A stretch of DNA of 64,000 bases from Octopus sinensis (GCF_006345805.1 NC_043008.1:45818001-45882000); one strand, 5' to 3'. Shown: positions 1-13,980, counted from the stretch's first letter. Notes: generated from the letters alone by a model not told the origin. Program-made: numbers and translations.

Positions 1-660
1 TACACACACACACATATATATATATATACACTCACACACATATGTATATACAAACACACACACACATATATATATATATACACACACACACACATATATA
101 TACACACACACAACACACACACATATATATATATATATACACACACAGACACATATATATACATATATATACACACACACACATATATATACATATATAT
201 ACACACACACACACATATATATATACACACACATATATATAGATATATATATATATATATACACATACATATATATATACATATATACACACACATATAT
301 ATACATATATACACACACATATATATACATATATACAAACACATATATATACATATATAAACATATATATATATATATATATACATACACACACACACAC
401 ACATATATATATATACACACACACACATATATATATATACACACACACACATATAAATATATATACACACACACACACACATATATATATATACACACAC
501 ACATATATATATATATACACATATATATATATATACACACACACACATATATATATATATATACACACACACATATATATATATACACACAAACACATAT
601 ATATATATATACACACACACACATATATATATATATATACACACACACACATATATATAT

Positions 661-725
<65 letters not shown>

Positions 726-896
726 CACACACATATATATATATATACACACACACACACATATATATATATATACATACACACACACACACATATATAT
801 ATATACGCACATATATATATATATATACACACACACAGACACACACATATATATATACACATACACACATACACACACACATATATATACACACAC

Positions 897-927
<31 letters not shown>

Positions 928-988
928 TATATATATACACACACACATATATATATATATATAGACACACACACACATATATATATAT

Positions 989-1019
<31 letters not shown>

Positions 1020-1381
1020 CACACATACATATATATACACACATATATATACATACATATATACACACACTACAGACATATATATATACATATATATACA
1101 CACACATATATATATATATACACACACATATATATACACACACACATATAAATATACACACACACATATATATACACACATACATATATATATATATATA
1201 CACACACATATATATACACACACACATATATATATATATACACACACATATATATACACACACATATATATATACTCACACACATATATATATATACACA
1301 CACACATATATATATACACACATACACACATATATATATATATACACACACATGTTTATACACACAGACACATATATATAT

Positions 1382-1414
<33 letters not shown>

Positions 1415-1764
1415 ACACACATATATATATATACACACACACACATTTATATATATACACACACACACATATATATATACACACACACATATATATATAT
1501 ACACACACATATATATATATATACACACACATATATATATATATACACACACACATATATATATATACACACACACACATATATATACACACACACACAC
1601 ACATATATATATATACACACACACATATATATATATATATACACACACACATATATATATATATACACATACACATATATATACACACACACACATATAT
1701 ATACACACACACACATATATATATATACACATACACATATATATATATATATACACAAACACAC

Positions 1765-1817
<53 letters not shown>

Positions 1818-1880
1818 CATACACACACACACACATATATATATATATACACACATATATATATATATTTATATATACAT

Positions 1881-1911
<31 letters not shown>

Positions 1912-1914
1912 CAT

Positions 1915-1949
<35 letters not shown>

Positions 1950-1952
1950 CAT

Positions 1953-1985
<33 letters not shown>

Positions 1986-2002
1986 AATATACACACACAC
2001 AC
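1..2002. repeat. About 2-kb compound (TA)n/(CA)n microsatellite array
   Basis: Continuous alternating tracts such as tacacacacacacatatatatata; the long YI/VC/HT ORFs in the track derive from it. Confidence 0.97.
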
Positions 2003-2988
2003 ACCTTCCTCTCTTTCGTCCAATCTTTCCATCCAGCCCTCCACTTCACTTCCACTATCTCCAACACCTCTGTCTCCTTCCTCGACATTTCGGTTAGCAT
2101 TCTTCACTCCACTCTTACCACCTCCATTCACTACAAACACACAGACTCACACTCATACCTCAACTTCTCTTCCTCCCACCCAGAACACACCAAGCTTTCC
2201 ATCCCCTATTCCCAGTTCCTCCGTCTACGTAGGCTCTGTAGTGACGACCATGACTTTGAGACTCAGTCTCAACGTATGGCTCACCACTTCACCTACGTGG
2301 ATACCCCCTCACCACTATCCACACCGCCCTTGCCAGAGCACGGTCCGTGGACCGTGTATCTGCTCTCTCTCCCCGAACCCGCCCTGTAGTCTCCCGCCTC
2401 CCTTTTCCCCTCACTTACCACCCCACGACCCTACCTCTCCAACGCACCATTCTTCGAGCTTTCCGTCATCTCCAGTCCGACCCGTCCACTTCACACCTCT
2501 TCCCTAACCGACCCCTCCCCTCTTTCAAACGAGCCCACAACCTTCGAGACCTTTTGGTCCATAGCTCCTTCCCTGACCCTACCTCCCAACCCGGCTCGTT
2601 CCCCTGCTCCCGCCCACGTTGCCGCACTTGCCCTTACCTCTCCAACACCACCCGCCTCACTAGCACCCACCATCGACCCTATCCCATCATCCACTCCTTC
2701 ACCTGCACCTCCATCAATATTATCTATTGCATCTCTTGCTCTCTCTGCAATTCCTTGTACATCGGACAAACGGGACGCCGCTTGGCTGACCGGTTCGCGG
2801 AACACCTTCGTGACATCCACCTTGCGAAAGACACACCGGTCTCACGCCATTTCCACTCCATCGGTCACTCCTTGCAACACCTATCTGTGTTCGGTTTGTC
2901 CTTACACAGAGGCCATCCGGATTCCCGTTTGCGCCGTGAACAGGAATTAATCTTCTCTCTTCGCTCTTATACGCCATTTGGTCTCAAC
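2003..2988 (+). mobile_element. 5'-truncated Penelope-like retroelement (Neptune-like): RT C-terminal/thumb region plus GIY-YIG endonuclease, one frameshift near 2294
   Basis: Translation gives ...SFLDISV...IHYKHTDSHSYLNFSSSHP..KLSIPYSQFLRLRRLCSD. After a 1-nt shift it continues LRGYP...LTYHP...FPCSRPRCRTC...NIIYCISCSLCNSLYIGQTGRRLADRFAEH...HF...REQELIFSL...GLN, which are hallmark PLE motifs. Confidence 0.92.
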
Positions 2989-3312
2989 TCTCCCCCCCCT
3001 CCTCATCTAACCCTCCTCACCTATCCTTTCTCCCCCCGACCCCTACTTCTTCAGTCCTTCATCCTTTCACCCCTACTCCCCTTCCCTTCTTCCCTCTTTC
3101 TCCCTCCCTCTTCCCCTTCCCTCTGCTCCCTCACTCCCTCTCTCCCCCTCTCCCTCTTTCCTCCTTCATCCCCCTCCTCCCCTTCCTTCTCCCCATCCTC
3201 TCCTCTTCCCCCTTCTCCTCCCCCTCTTCTTCCCCTCCCCTTCTCTCCCCCTCTCTTCTCCCCCTCCCCCTCTTCTCCCCCTCTTCTCCCCCCCCCCCCC
3301 CCCTCTTCTCCT
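2989..3312. repeat. Polypyrimidine (C/T) low-complexity tract after the PLE coding end
   Basis: Almost exclusively C and T over about 320 bp. Confidence 0.9.
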
Positions 3313-3596
3313 CACCACACCACATGACTTTACACATCACATCACATATGATGTGCCATACTAATACACACACCAACTAATACATACTAATACGTACTAA
3401 TACATACTAGTACATACTAATACTTACACCAACCCTATACATACACACGTCCAGACCCCGCATACGCACTTATACTCTCTCACACACACACACACATACC
3501 TATACATACCAATACGTACTAATACATACTAATACATACTAATACATACACCAACCCCATACATACGCATGTCCAGACCAATCTTACGCACTAATA

Positions 3597-3647
<51 letters not shown>

Positions 3648-3719
3648 ATACATACTAATACATACACCAACCCTATACATACACATATCCAGACCCCTCC
3701 CACGCACTTTTAGCTGGTC

Positions 3720-4015
3720 CCTCAACCATTTTATCAACCCTATTATCTCCCCTTATTTCGCTCTCGCGTCTCATGTTTGATCTTTGACCTCTGGCCGAAA
3801 TCAGATCGCCATGTTGATTCGTTAGCTACTGCACGCATTTTTTTTCTCTCCTTCTTTCTGTGTTTTTCTCTCTCTGTGTATCTTTCTGTTGAAGAGCGTA
3901 GGCTCGAAACGTTAAAGACTTGTTTTATTTATATTTCCTGAGCGCCATACTAATACAATTGTTCGTTTGTTTTCCACCTGCCTTCGTCTTTTGTTTATTT
4001 TCATAAAGCTTCCCG
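3720..4015 (+). mobile_element. PLE pseudo-LTR/terminal repeat region
   Basis: Lies downstream of the PLE ORF and contains GAAGAGCGTAGGCTCGAAACGTTAAAGA. A related copy, sharing the downstream segment, is on the minus strand at about 31990-32135. Confidence 0.6.
3881..3918 (+). ncRNA. Minimal hammerhead ribozyme-like motif (type I order, variant core)
   Basis: TCTTT-CTGTTGA-A-GAGC-GTAG-GCTC-GAAAC-GTT-AAAGA. Stem I is TCTTT/AAAGA, stem II is GAGC/GCTC, stem III is the palindrome AACGTT. The core deviates from CUGANGA at position 6. Confidence 0.55.
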
Positions 4016-4140
4016 TTATATATATATATATACATACACACACACACATACACACACACACATATATATATATATAATATATATATATATATTATATATA
4101 TATATATATATACACATATATATATATTTATATAATACAA

Positions 4141-4880
4141 AATGGGACAAGAACGCAAAACATTCGGACTGCTAGGTTTTACAAAAAAAGGATAACATAC
4201 CAAACCAGATACACGATACAAAAACAAAAATAAAAAAAGGAACGGGTCATTCGAAGCCCTCTATCCTCAGTCAAGCACCAGATTATCGTCGCAATTACGG
4301 CTGATTATCCTCGAGATTGCTCCAATCTAGCCATCCTCATGTAAAATCTAAGCTAAATGCATTAGATTCCTTGGAAGAAAGCAGCGAATGTATACAAAAA
4401 CAAGGACAGAAAAAACGGACAAAGTTACACAAATAATTACAATAATAAATACAACAAAAATAATAACAGGACATAACAAAAGGTGTCTTTCGACTAAGGA
4501 CGAATTGAATTAAGCTGGCACGTGTGGAAATGAAGCCTTACGGCAGAGATACAAATGTTTCACTAACACAGGGAAGAATATCGATGTTGCACGGACAACG
4601 GTCAGACCAAGAAAGAAAGAAAAGGCTTGGCCGAGGCGGTCACGTCGGAAGAAAAAAGAGAGAAGTAGAAGCAGAGGGACAGAAGAATTAAGGAGGGGCG
4701 AGAAAAAAGGGCAGGGACACAGTGAAGGGAAAAGTGGAGGGGAAAGTGAATAAGAAGAGAAGGCGAGGAAATGTGAGAGAGGGGGAACGAAAGAACGAAA
4801 AGTGAAATGAACGAATAAGCGTGAAAGGGCTGATAGGCAGACAGAAATAGAATCGTACAAGATTTTAGAAAAATGTGTAC
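4141..4880. repeat. Unclassified interspersed repeat, with a second truncated copy of its left end at about 5019-5095
   Basis: tgggacaagaacgcaaaacat (4143) matches tgggacatgaacgctaaacat (5021); both directly follow (TA)n tracts. No protein motif recognised. Confidence 0.4.
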
Positions 4881-4899
4881 TTACATATAAGAGAGCTAA

Positions 4900-4996
<97 letters not shown>

Positions 4997-5310
4997 ATAT
5001 ATATATATATATATATATAATGGGACATGAACGCTAAACATCCGTACAGATAGTGATACAAAAAGGGACAAGAAAATATCCAGATGGCCGATAATTAGAT
5101 TTCTGCCAATTTGCTGAATTGGTCATTTGTTTCTATATGCTTACATAGGTTCAAACCCTTGTCTATGCAGTTACCAACTTTTTTCCACTCGCTAATCTGT
5201 CGCACTCATACATGTATGTGTATTCACCTAATACATTTGAATAAATAGATATACTGGAATATTTACCGGTTGATGTCTATTAATTTTATATCCTCTCTGT
5301 GTTATTTGCC

Positions 5311-5357
<47 letters not shown>

Positions 5358-5506
5358 TTAAGTATTCGTCTGTGTCTAACGACTGAATGGCAGTCCTTGA
5401 ATTAATGCCACTTCCGAAGCTAGACATTTTAAATATTAATTTAAACATTTTAAAACATTTTTATGCTTTTTTAAACATTTTTATGCTTTTTTTTTTTTAC
5501 TTGTAG

Positions 5507-5634
5507 GTCTTTTAGTATATTTTGGCTATGGCATTCATAAAAGTAAAGAAAGAGACCTGGAAGATCAAGAAGTTATTCTATACGAAATACCTGCCTCTGA
5601 TAGCGTCACAGAAAATTTAACAACGTCATATTGA
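5507..5634 (+). CDS. SLC7A: Last coding exon of a cationic amino acid transporter (SLC7A/CAT family); upstream exons presumably lie before the window
   Basis: Strong acceptor ttttttttttttacttgtag at 5487-5506 (phase 1). Exon reads (G)LLVYFGYGIHKSKERDLEDQEVILYEIPASDSVTENLTTSY* with TGA at 5632-5634. YFGYG-x-x-x-S-K-E matches the end of the last TM helix of CAT transporters (recalled SLC7A4 GLAVYFGYGIRHSKE). AATAAA at 5709-5714. Exact orthologue not determinable. Confidence 0.82.
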
Positions 5635-5930
5635 TTCCTGTATATTAATTATATTAAAAAAGACGTTTGAAAAACAATGTTGTCAACTAAAAATTCTTTT
5701 ACTCATTAAATAAAAAATATAGAAAGAAACGCATAAAGGAATACATGCAAACTTATACATAGAAGCATATAATCGCAGGCACACACATACATACATGCAT
5801 TCAACTACATTCTATTTGTATATACGGGTGTATATAACTGGATAAGCGGAGAGCAATTTCGTTTATTACGCTAAAACGAAATAGAGATAATGCCACTGAC
5901 AAATCTATACATATAAAACAATTGATACAA

Positions 5931-5981
<51 letters not shown>

Positions 5982-8900
5982 TATATATACACACACAAAA
6001 GATACATGTAAATATGCATATGCAGGTTTGTGTATATACACTCTTCTATACTTATACATTTCCAAATGCCAGTCTTTCTGTGAATTTGTTTTCTCGCTGC
6101 TCACTCACGTGGTGTCTCTTTCATACACACTCAAGCGCGCACATGCATGTTCATATACATACGTACATATTGTTTATTTCCATAAAAGAATTCAAGAAAC
6201 AATCCAATGGAAATTAATAAACTATTGCAGGTGTGTGTTAAAATGTTGGCTCTGACGAGACTCTCACGATTCTTCTGTGAAACTTTTATAACGTAAAGAT
6301 TCACTTTTATATGTATGTAGGAGTGCTGGCTGGTGCATGTGTATGTGTGTGTGTGTGTGTGTCCGTGTGTGATACTTTAAGATTTATTATACAGGGTAAT
6401 GGTTAATTTTAAGACATTTGTTAACTAAGGGTTACTAAAATGGGAGAATAGGAGTAACTTCGGTGTTTTTTGGCATCTGACAGCGTACAAGAAAGCAGAA
6501 TATTATTGAAATATATAAAAAAAAGTTTACGAAAAGGTTTGTCAAGGTCATTGAACTGGAATAGTCATTAGAGAACGTAAGAGACAAAAGTGAAATGATG
6601 TCGATGGAGCTTGTAAGTATGGAAGTGTATAATTTCAAGTGATAAAATATGTTTAGTATTAATAAAATCACATAAATGTATTAATGTGAATGGTCGTAAA
6701 GTTAATAGAATTTTTAGTTTCATCAATATATATTGAGCCATTACACTGAAAATATATATAAATATACAAAATAATTACATAACCAATCAGAATTACATCA
6801 ATAAATAAACGAATTCTAAAACATAAATGGATATTTTAAATTACGTGTACCAATTGGTAGTTTATCGTTTATTTACAATTTTTGTTGTTTTAATACACTC
6901 ACTAAGAGATAATACCTTATTTATTATATATAGCTATATTTACTAAACATCCATTGACGAATTAAAAAAAAATCAAAGCCATTTTATATAAACAGAATTC
7001 GCTCAAATCAAATTACATTGAATCTAATAGACCAATTCAAAAATATCATCGAAGACGACGAAGGCAAAGATGGTGGACATAGTTCACCGTATAACTTTAA
7101 AAGTTCCACGTATTCATGCAGATGTTTAATTATCATTGCTTCTTGATCTTGTGCTTTTGTAGTTTCAATATCATGACCCAATACCCCTAACTGGATGTCG
7201 AAATCGGAACAAGAAACTCTACAACAATTCCTCTATTAATTTCTCTTCATTGTCACTTCCGTTTATTAACCTCATTTTACGTTTCCGTTTGTTTATTATT
7301 TACTTCATTTACGTTCCTCTCACGCTTGCCTCCCATTTAACATTTTGTGTTAAATTCTCAGCTTTAATAACATTGACAGGTCATTTTATACACTTACAAT
7401 CCTAAGCCACATTCCGCTTCCTTTCTCTGCTTAGGGGAAGGAACCAGCCCAGTTTCCTCTCAAAAACTGAACTGTATTTTAAAACAAACCTGAAGTGGTG
7501 TCAAATGCAAAACAACAACAAAAGTTGTGTGCAGAAAAATTAGTTTATCCTCGTCATTAAAAGTATGATAATATACACATTTCTACATTTTGTGGAGGAA
7601 TGAACACAGCGTTGCAAGCATAGGCATTAATTTTTCTCCTTCGAACAGACTTTCCTCTAAACCAATAGCAACCTTATTACTACTGAATATGTGACAAAGG
7701 TCAAAGCAAGAAACTGTGATTATAACAGGAACATAAAGTTTTCCAGTGTCGTATTATTAAGCTTGGTGAAACTAAAAGAAAAATAAAACACCTGTATAAT
7801 TTTCTATCAGTAGAGTATGATATGTACCAATAGGCAAATTGAAAAAACAAACAAAAACAGTGGAAATCCATTCCTTAGCAACGCGCAACCTGCACGCGAA
7901 TGAAGCTGAAGTAGTTTCAAGTGGAGAGTAAAGCAAATCTAGAAGCAGAGAGAGAGGAACCGGTTTCGGTTCCTTCCCTCGAAACAGAGAAACAGGACGC
8001 GATATCGTTTGGAATGAAAAAATGTTTCATTTCTTGTCAACGTCATTTTAAGGGTAATTATTAAAAAGCCGAGAAGCAAAGAAAGCAAAAATAAATAAAT
8101 GTAAGTAATAAACTAGATAGATCAAATATTATGAGTTGCGACGCATAAGTCATATTCTATGTGATTCAAGAAAAATAAACTGGTTACGTTTCCTATACAC
8201 ATACAGGTTCCTACTATGAAATTTGATAGCTGAGAAAGATTGTGCATTAAAAATCTACAGATTGGTACTATGAAGATGAATAGTTCATGTGTATAATAGA
8301 TTAAATGGTAGAAAGAATAATATGTGATTATGGCAAAAGAAATAAGAAAAAATCAGAAGTTGAGAGTGAAAGAGAAATTTATGGATGTGATTATTCCAAT
8401 TAAAAAAGAAAATATTTTTATTTGTTGAAGTGAGTGTTGGAAAAAGTAAATGCCTGTTTCAAACCTCGCCATGTGAAATTTCTCCAACACATTTGTGTTT
8501 ATAAGTTTACACTGCTTGCACTTGAAGCTTCTACAAAATGTATTTCTGTTACACAATAGATTTATTTAAAGAATCACTTCCGCATCGTGCAGTAAATTAC
8601 ACACTGACAGATACAGAATCACAAAAGAACTTCATAGTTAGAAGTTACTATTGTGAGAATTCATTATGTGAATTCTATATAAATCCATATAAACTGCAAT
8701 ACAGTATGCTGTATATTGTATTATATAAAGTACAATACAGTATGCAGTATATTGTATTATATAATGAGGTGAATTGGTTAAAGAATGCACACGAAACATT
8801 CAAGGAAATAGCTTCAAACATTTCAATTTCTACTTCATATTTAACCGGTGTCAGCATTGCCTTTCAGTGTCACAGGTCAAGAAAATAAGCATCACTCAAT

Positions 8901-10190
8901 GAGTTGATCACCAAATTTGAACGTGCTTCAATGAGGAAGTCAATCTGTGTGAGTGTGTATGGACGCAATTATACCTGTTTGTCTATTTAAGTACATGATG
9001 TAAAATCTTGAATTATTTGTGTACATAAACATGTTTTTGCCTATGTATATACAAACAGAATCTGTCCTTAGATATGTGTGCGTGTGTGTCTCATTCCATA
9101 ACTACATATATATTTCAGTACATATGTAACAATGTATAAATACATATATAATATACATAAGTAAACAGTATACACACACATATATATGTACATATATATA
9201 TATAAACACATTTGTATACACTTATATAGGAAGATACACTCAAATAATTATATAAATTATTTACACAGAATTATGTAAGTACAAATGCATAATTTTCAAT
9301 GGATGTATGAATACAATTAGATCTTAACATTGATTCATAATGTGTGCGCTTGTATGCGTATGTACTTTATCTGATTCTACAACTCAGCATGGTTGTTCCG
9401 CATACGCTACTATAGAAATGTATTCATGAAGTGTGTATTGTATTACACAACGGCAATGCTAATATATTATATTTGGACGATTGAAGAGCATATTATGTAG
9501 GAAGGATATTTGACAAAAAGTTTTGAGTTAAATGATTATGTTTCTACTTAGTATTTCAAATGCCGAACATTTAAGCTTCGAATACGCGACTGCAATTATA
9601 GATCAATAAGGGGCCACCAATAAACCGAGAGAAATATTTTACTTTTGTCGATAAATTGAATAACGAGAGTGAAAAACTAATTCCCATTAAATATAGTTTA
9701 CATTACTGAAATACCCTGTTTTACTTTCGCTAGTTGTTTTAGATATCTGAAGGAATCGGGCACCTTCCACAATCTTACATTTAACCCAGTGGCGGATTTG
9801 TGTACGGTGACTGCTCGAGACAGAGATTTGCACAAGCGGTCAGTTGGGACGCATATTCATCAGGGTAGGTGGGAGCATTACAAAATGAAGTACCCCGATT
9901 AAGGACTCAACGCGAGCCCCGTTTTATGGAAACGACACCACGGTGAGTCTCCTAACGATCAAAAACCTCATACGATCGCCACTAGGCAATCTGCTTTCAA
10001 GAGAAATCACGCACGCGCAAATGTGGCGTAAGTTATAGCAGGAAAAAAACAAATTCGACCGGTTATTATACCTAATGGATAGATTTCATTTAATTAAATT
10101 TACGAAAACGATGCTTTAGAAAAAAGTATACAGGTAAAAACTTTCCTATTATATATTGTGCCATTTTATCAATGTGTTGAAACGCGCCCG

Positions 10191-10264
<74 letters not shown>

Positions 10265-10586
10265 GTTATACTTCTATACATACACACAATATATATCAAA
10301 ATATATATTTTATAATTTGTATTAAATTTGCATGTATATAAAATTCTTATTTATTAAATTTGTAAAATTGTGTGTATATATCATGTGGACGTTTATATGT
10401 AGTGTGCATGTATAATACATGCACACACATTTATCTATACCTCTTGACATAAGCATATTTGCAAATGGCCATGTATACATTTAGCATATATACGTATATA
10501 TGTTTATGTATAATTATATATATATTGCATACATTTGTATATGCATACACGTATATAGATATATACACACGCTGCATACATGTTAC

Positions 10587-10649
<63 letters not shown>

Positions 10650-11931
10650 GCTGCATACACATCTGAAATACATATATGTCTATATATTATTACTTATATG
10701 CGCGCACAGAAAGTGTTTATAAACATGTGTTCTATTTTATTTTGCGTTATAAATATAACTGTATACATTAAAACTTCAGTGCAAAATGTTTAACATCCTT
10801 GTAATTTATATTTGGTACTATAGAGCTAGGGTGTATAAAATGTGATTATGAAATAAAAATTATTTTGAAAAATAACTAAAAATCCTTCAATATGCTGAAT
10901 GCAATTCCACATACACAAAGTATATGCTAGTGTTCTTTGTGTGTGTGTGTGTGTGTGTGTGCTCGTGTGTGTATGTGAATGTGTGTGTATTTATACCATG
11001 TGGTAAACTCAATTATTTTGGCTGCTAACAATTTAAGCGGAATTCTCTATGCAATACAATTATGTATGCAATAATGCAATGTAGTCAAAGCGAAATAGCT
11101 GAAATGAATAACGAGCTGCTTAGTCCCAAACAGAAACTGTAGAGGTTTTATAAAAGGGATTTCCAGTTAATCTGATGGTGACCAGAGTTTTCACAGATTT
11201 GGCAACCTTTCTATATTTTCAGGTCTTGTCTCAGCGACTCGAATATTTTGTCCGTTTGCCTTAAGACTTCGTTTCAGTGTGCAAGTGATGGCTGAAATAG
11301 TCATCACATATACATCCCGATTATATTTCTTGGCTCTTCTCAATCAGATCCATACTAAACTGTTCTCAGCGGATATGGCTATTTTGTTGATGGACTCATA
11401 AGTTGTTTTGGTTCCGAATTAATTTTCTCGAAAAATATTTTTTTGGTGTTGTAGAGGAATTGCAATCGCTCAATTTTCGGAGAATATGGGCGTATTCTAT
11501 ATTTTGAGATGAGAACAAGCCTTGGCATTTGGCATTCTTCATTAGTTGAAGATATGAAAATCTTTGTTTCTGGGCCAGTATAAATTCTACCACATTGATT
11601 TCTTTGGTGCTTCTAGATAGAAGAATTATGTATGGTTGGAGCGGTATCACTGTCTCCTCTGCAATATCAATGTGTTCTACCCTTCACATATATGTTTCAA
11701 TGTTTGGTAGAACTTTCCGAACAGCCAATACTAGATGTTAACTCATTAAGGTAATAATAACGTCGGTGATTGTGGCTGTAGCTAATATGAATTATTGCTC
11801 TGAACCAATATCAATAGTTTTAAAATTGTGCAGGTACTTAATTCTCGCTTCAATATTCTGCATTAGTAATACTTCATACATTAAATTTGTGCTATATATA
11901 TACATATATACATATATATATATATATACGT

Positions 11932-11991
<60 letters not shown>

Positions 11992-12379
11992 GGGATGGTA
12001 TTATTAAAATACAATAACGAGTGGTAAGCGAATTATCAGCCGTACAGGCAAATTAAGAAAATATATGCATAAAATATTAGATATGTACATATATACACAA
12101 GGGTACTACATGAGTACCTATATCGCTAAAGATAGAAGTCAAAAAATACTTCTGTACCACCGAATAGTCACAAATCTATTACAGACATGATAGGAATATA
12201 TATATATATATATATATATATAGTTCGGACCAGATTCTCTGTACGTACACTTTCACCGTGTCAAGATATAGAGTCAACGTTTAAAAAAAATTATGCTACT
12301 AGGAGCTGTGTTACTAAGTTAATTATATTTACAACTTCTCAAATTATTGTAATCGTTTTCATGCAGTAAAGGCTGAATC

Positions 12380-12900
12380 TGCTAAGAGAAAAAAAAATCG
12401 AAATAAATGCCGGAACAATGCCGTCGGGAAATCAATGATGTTTAGTAATAGGAAATGCAAGATTTATAACCAGCGTGGACAAAGTGCAGCTTCATCACTG
12501 AATTCTCAACAACTGCAGGAACACGAAAAATAATTGAAATTTTTATCAATCTAAGTCAATGCTGGCAATCAAAAGTTATATATTCTTATCAAACTACCAT
12601 CAAAGCTAAAGCTGTCAGTTTAAATCTAAAGAAAGCGGAAAGAAACAAAAGTAAATTGATGAAGGAAACTAAGGAAGCCTTTACTGGAATCAGAGATCCT
12701 TTGACAGGTTTTGGAAACGATTAAACATGCATTAATGCGAGAACGGTTGATAAATGTTCAGCAGATAACCTTGCAACTTTACAGAAAGAAATATTGGTGA
12801 AGAAACGAGTGTTTTGCAGATGAAGGTCTAATAAAACATAATTGAAGAAAGATAAACTGCTTCAAACACAGCATTTAGTCTCTACTATGGAAGCTTTTTT
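12380..12900 (+). mobile_element. Possible heavily decayed pogo/Tigger-like transposase remnant
   Basis: Fragmentary frames such as IKAKA and FDRFWKRLNMH loosely resemble the CENP-B-type HTH motif GWFDRFKKR; many stops and frameshifts. Confidence 0.25.
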
Positions 12901-13660
12901 TCTGACGTGTAGATGAAGTTGAGGGCCAAGTTAAAGTAGATGAAGACGGGCAACAAAATAATTTTCATTTATAAACATCATTGTGTTTTTGTTTTTTAAA
13001 GTTTGATGTCGAAAAGCACGTGACACTGGATACAAACAGAAATATGGGGAGTGAGGAGGTGACAGGAAGACATTACTGGAAAAATTTTCCGTTTGATTAT
13101 CAATAAAGCGAAAACGATTGAAAATATAAGGAAGTATTTTACAAAATATATTTTTTAAAATCAATGGCAACAGTTCAATCGTATGTTAAACACTCACGGC
13201 ATTTTAGTAGCTCCAATTCTCTCAAGATACAAATTTGCAAACTGGAGCAACTGAATGCCTACAGATTGGCTAGTTGCGTCTCTAGAACTGATAAAATCAA
13301 TGTACACACGTCTGATCACAAGCGGAAAAGGTTCTAAAGTCGATTATGGCTGTTTTCTTAGTCTACGTATCAATACTTGAATTTGCACTAAATCCATTAC
13401 GTATATATATTTACATAAACCATAAAAACCCTGCAAGCAGAAACTAAAAGTTCTGTTATTCTTTGACCACTTAACTATATTAAAAAATTAAAACGTGAAT
13501 TCTAATTTTCTCTCTTTAACTTAGATTTATATAAGACACTACCTCTCAGATTATGAAACTGAGATATTGAAATCAGTTTACGAAATAGAAAATTTAAAAT
13601 AGAGTTATTAAGCATACGGTAACATCTGTTGTTATAATGAATAGAATTGCCCGATCTATG

Positions 13661-13980
13661 TTTACTCTTTTACTTGTTTCAGTCATCTGACTGCGGCCAT
13701 GCTGGAGCACCGCCTTAAGTCGAGCAAATCGACCCCGGGAATTATTCTTTGTAAGCCCAGTACTTATTCTATCGGTCTCTTTTGCCGAACCGCTAAGTGA
13801 CGGGGACGTAAACACACCAGCATCGGTTGTCAAGCAATGCTAGGGGGACAAACACAGACACACAAACACATACACATATATACATATATACGACAGGTTT
13901 CTTTCAGTTTCCGTCTACCAAATCCACTCACAAGGCATTGGTCGGCCCGGGGCTATAGCAGAAGACACTTGCCCAAGATG
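13661..13980 (-). mobile_element. SINE-type interspersed repeat, head missing (second family)
   Basis: ggccatgctggagcaccgcc...gccgaaccgctaag...ccactcacaaggc...gaagacacttgcccaag resembles a high-copy octopus SINE as I recall it; short tandem tail (tttactctt) at the left end. Confidence 0.6.

Noticed and set aside
32-2140. Long ORFs of 166-356 aa (YI/VC/HT-rich) in the ORF track
   Set aside because: They are translations of dinucleotide microsatellites. The same applies to similar ORFs near 4.9, 10.5, 23.7, 28.2, 34.8, 47.3, 50, 51.4, 59.5 and 62.1 kb.
4240-4300. CTGAGGA...CGAATGAC on the minus strand as a possible hammerhead
   Set aside because: It lacks GAAA and has no stem I pairing.
6252-6296. 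CTGACGA...GAAAC...GTA hammerhead core words
   Set aside because: Stems I and II do not pair convincingly; compatible with chance.
6998-7800. Two short protein-like minus-strand frames near 7.0-7.2 and 7.6-7.75 kb
   Set aside because: No recognisable family, and splice sites and phases could not be reconciled.
8697-8764. 36-bp tandem duplication within the 116-aa ORF 8538-8888
   Set aside because: An ordinary local duplication; the ORF has no recognisable motif.
11150-11750. Degenerate minus-strand coding-like region, possibly repeat-derived
   Set aside because: Many frameshifts and no diagnostic motif; cannot classify.
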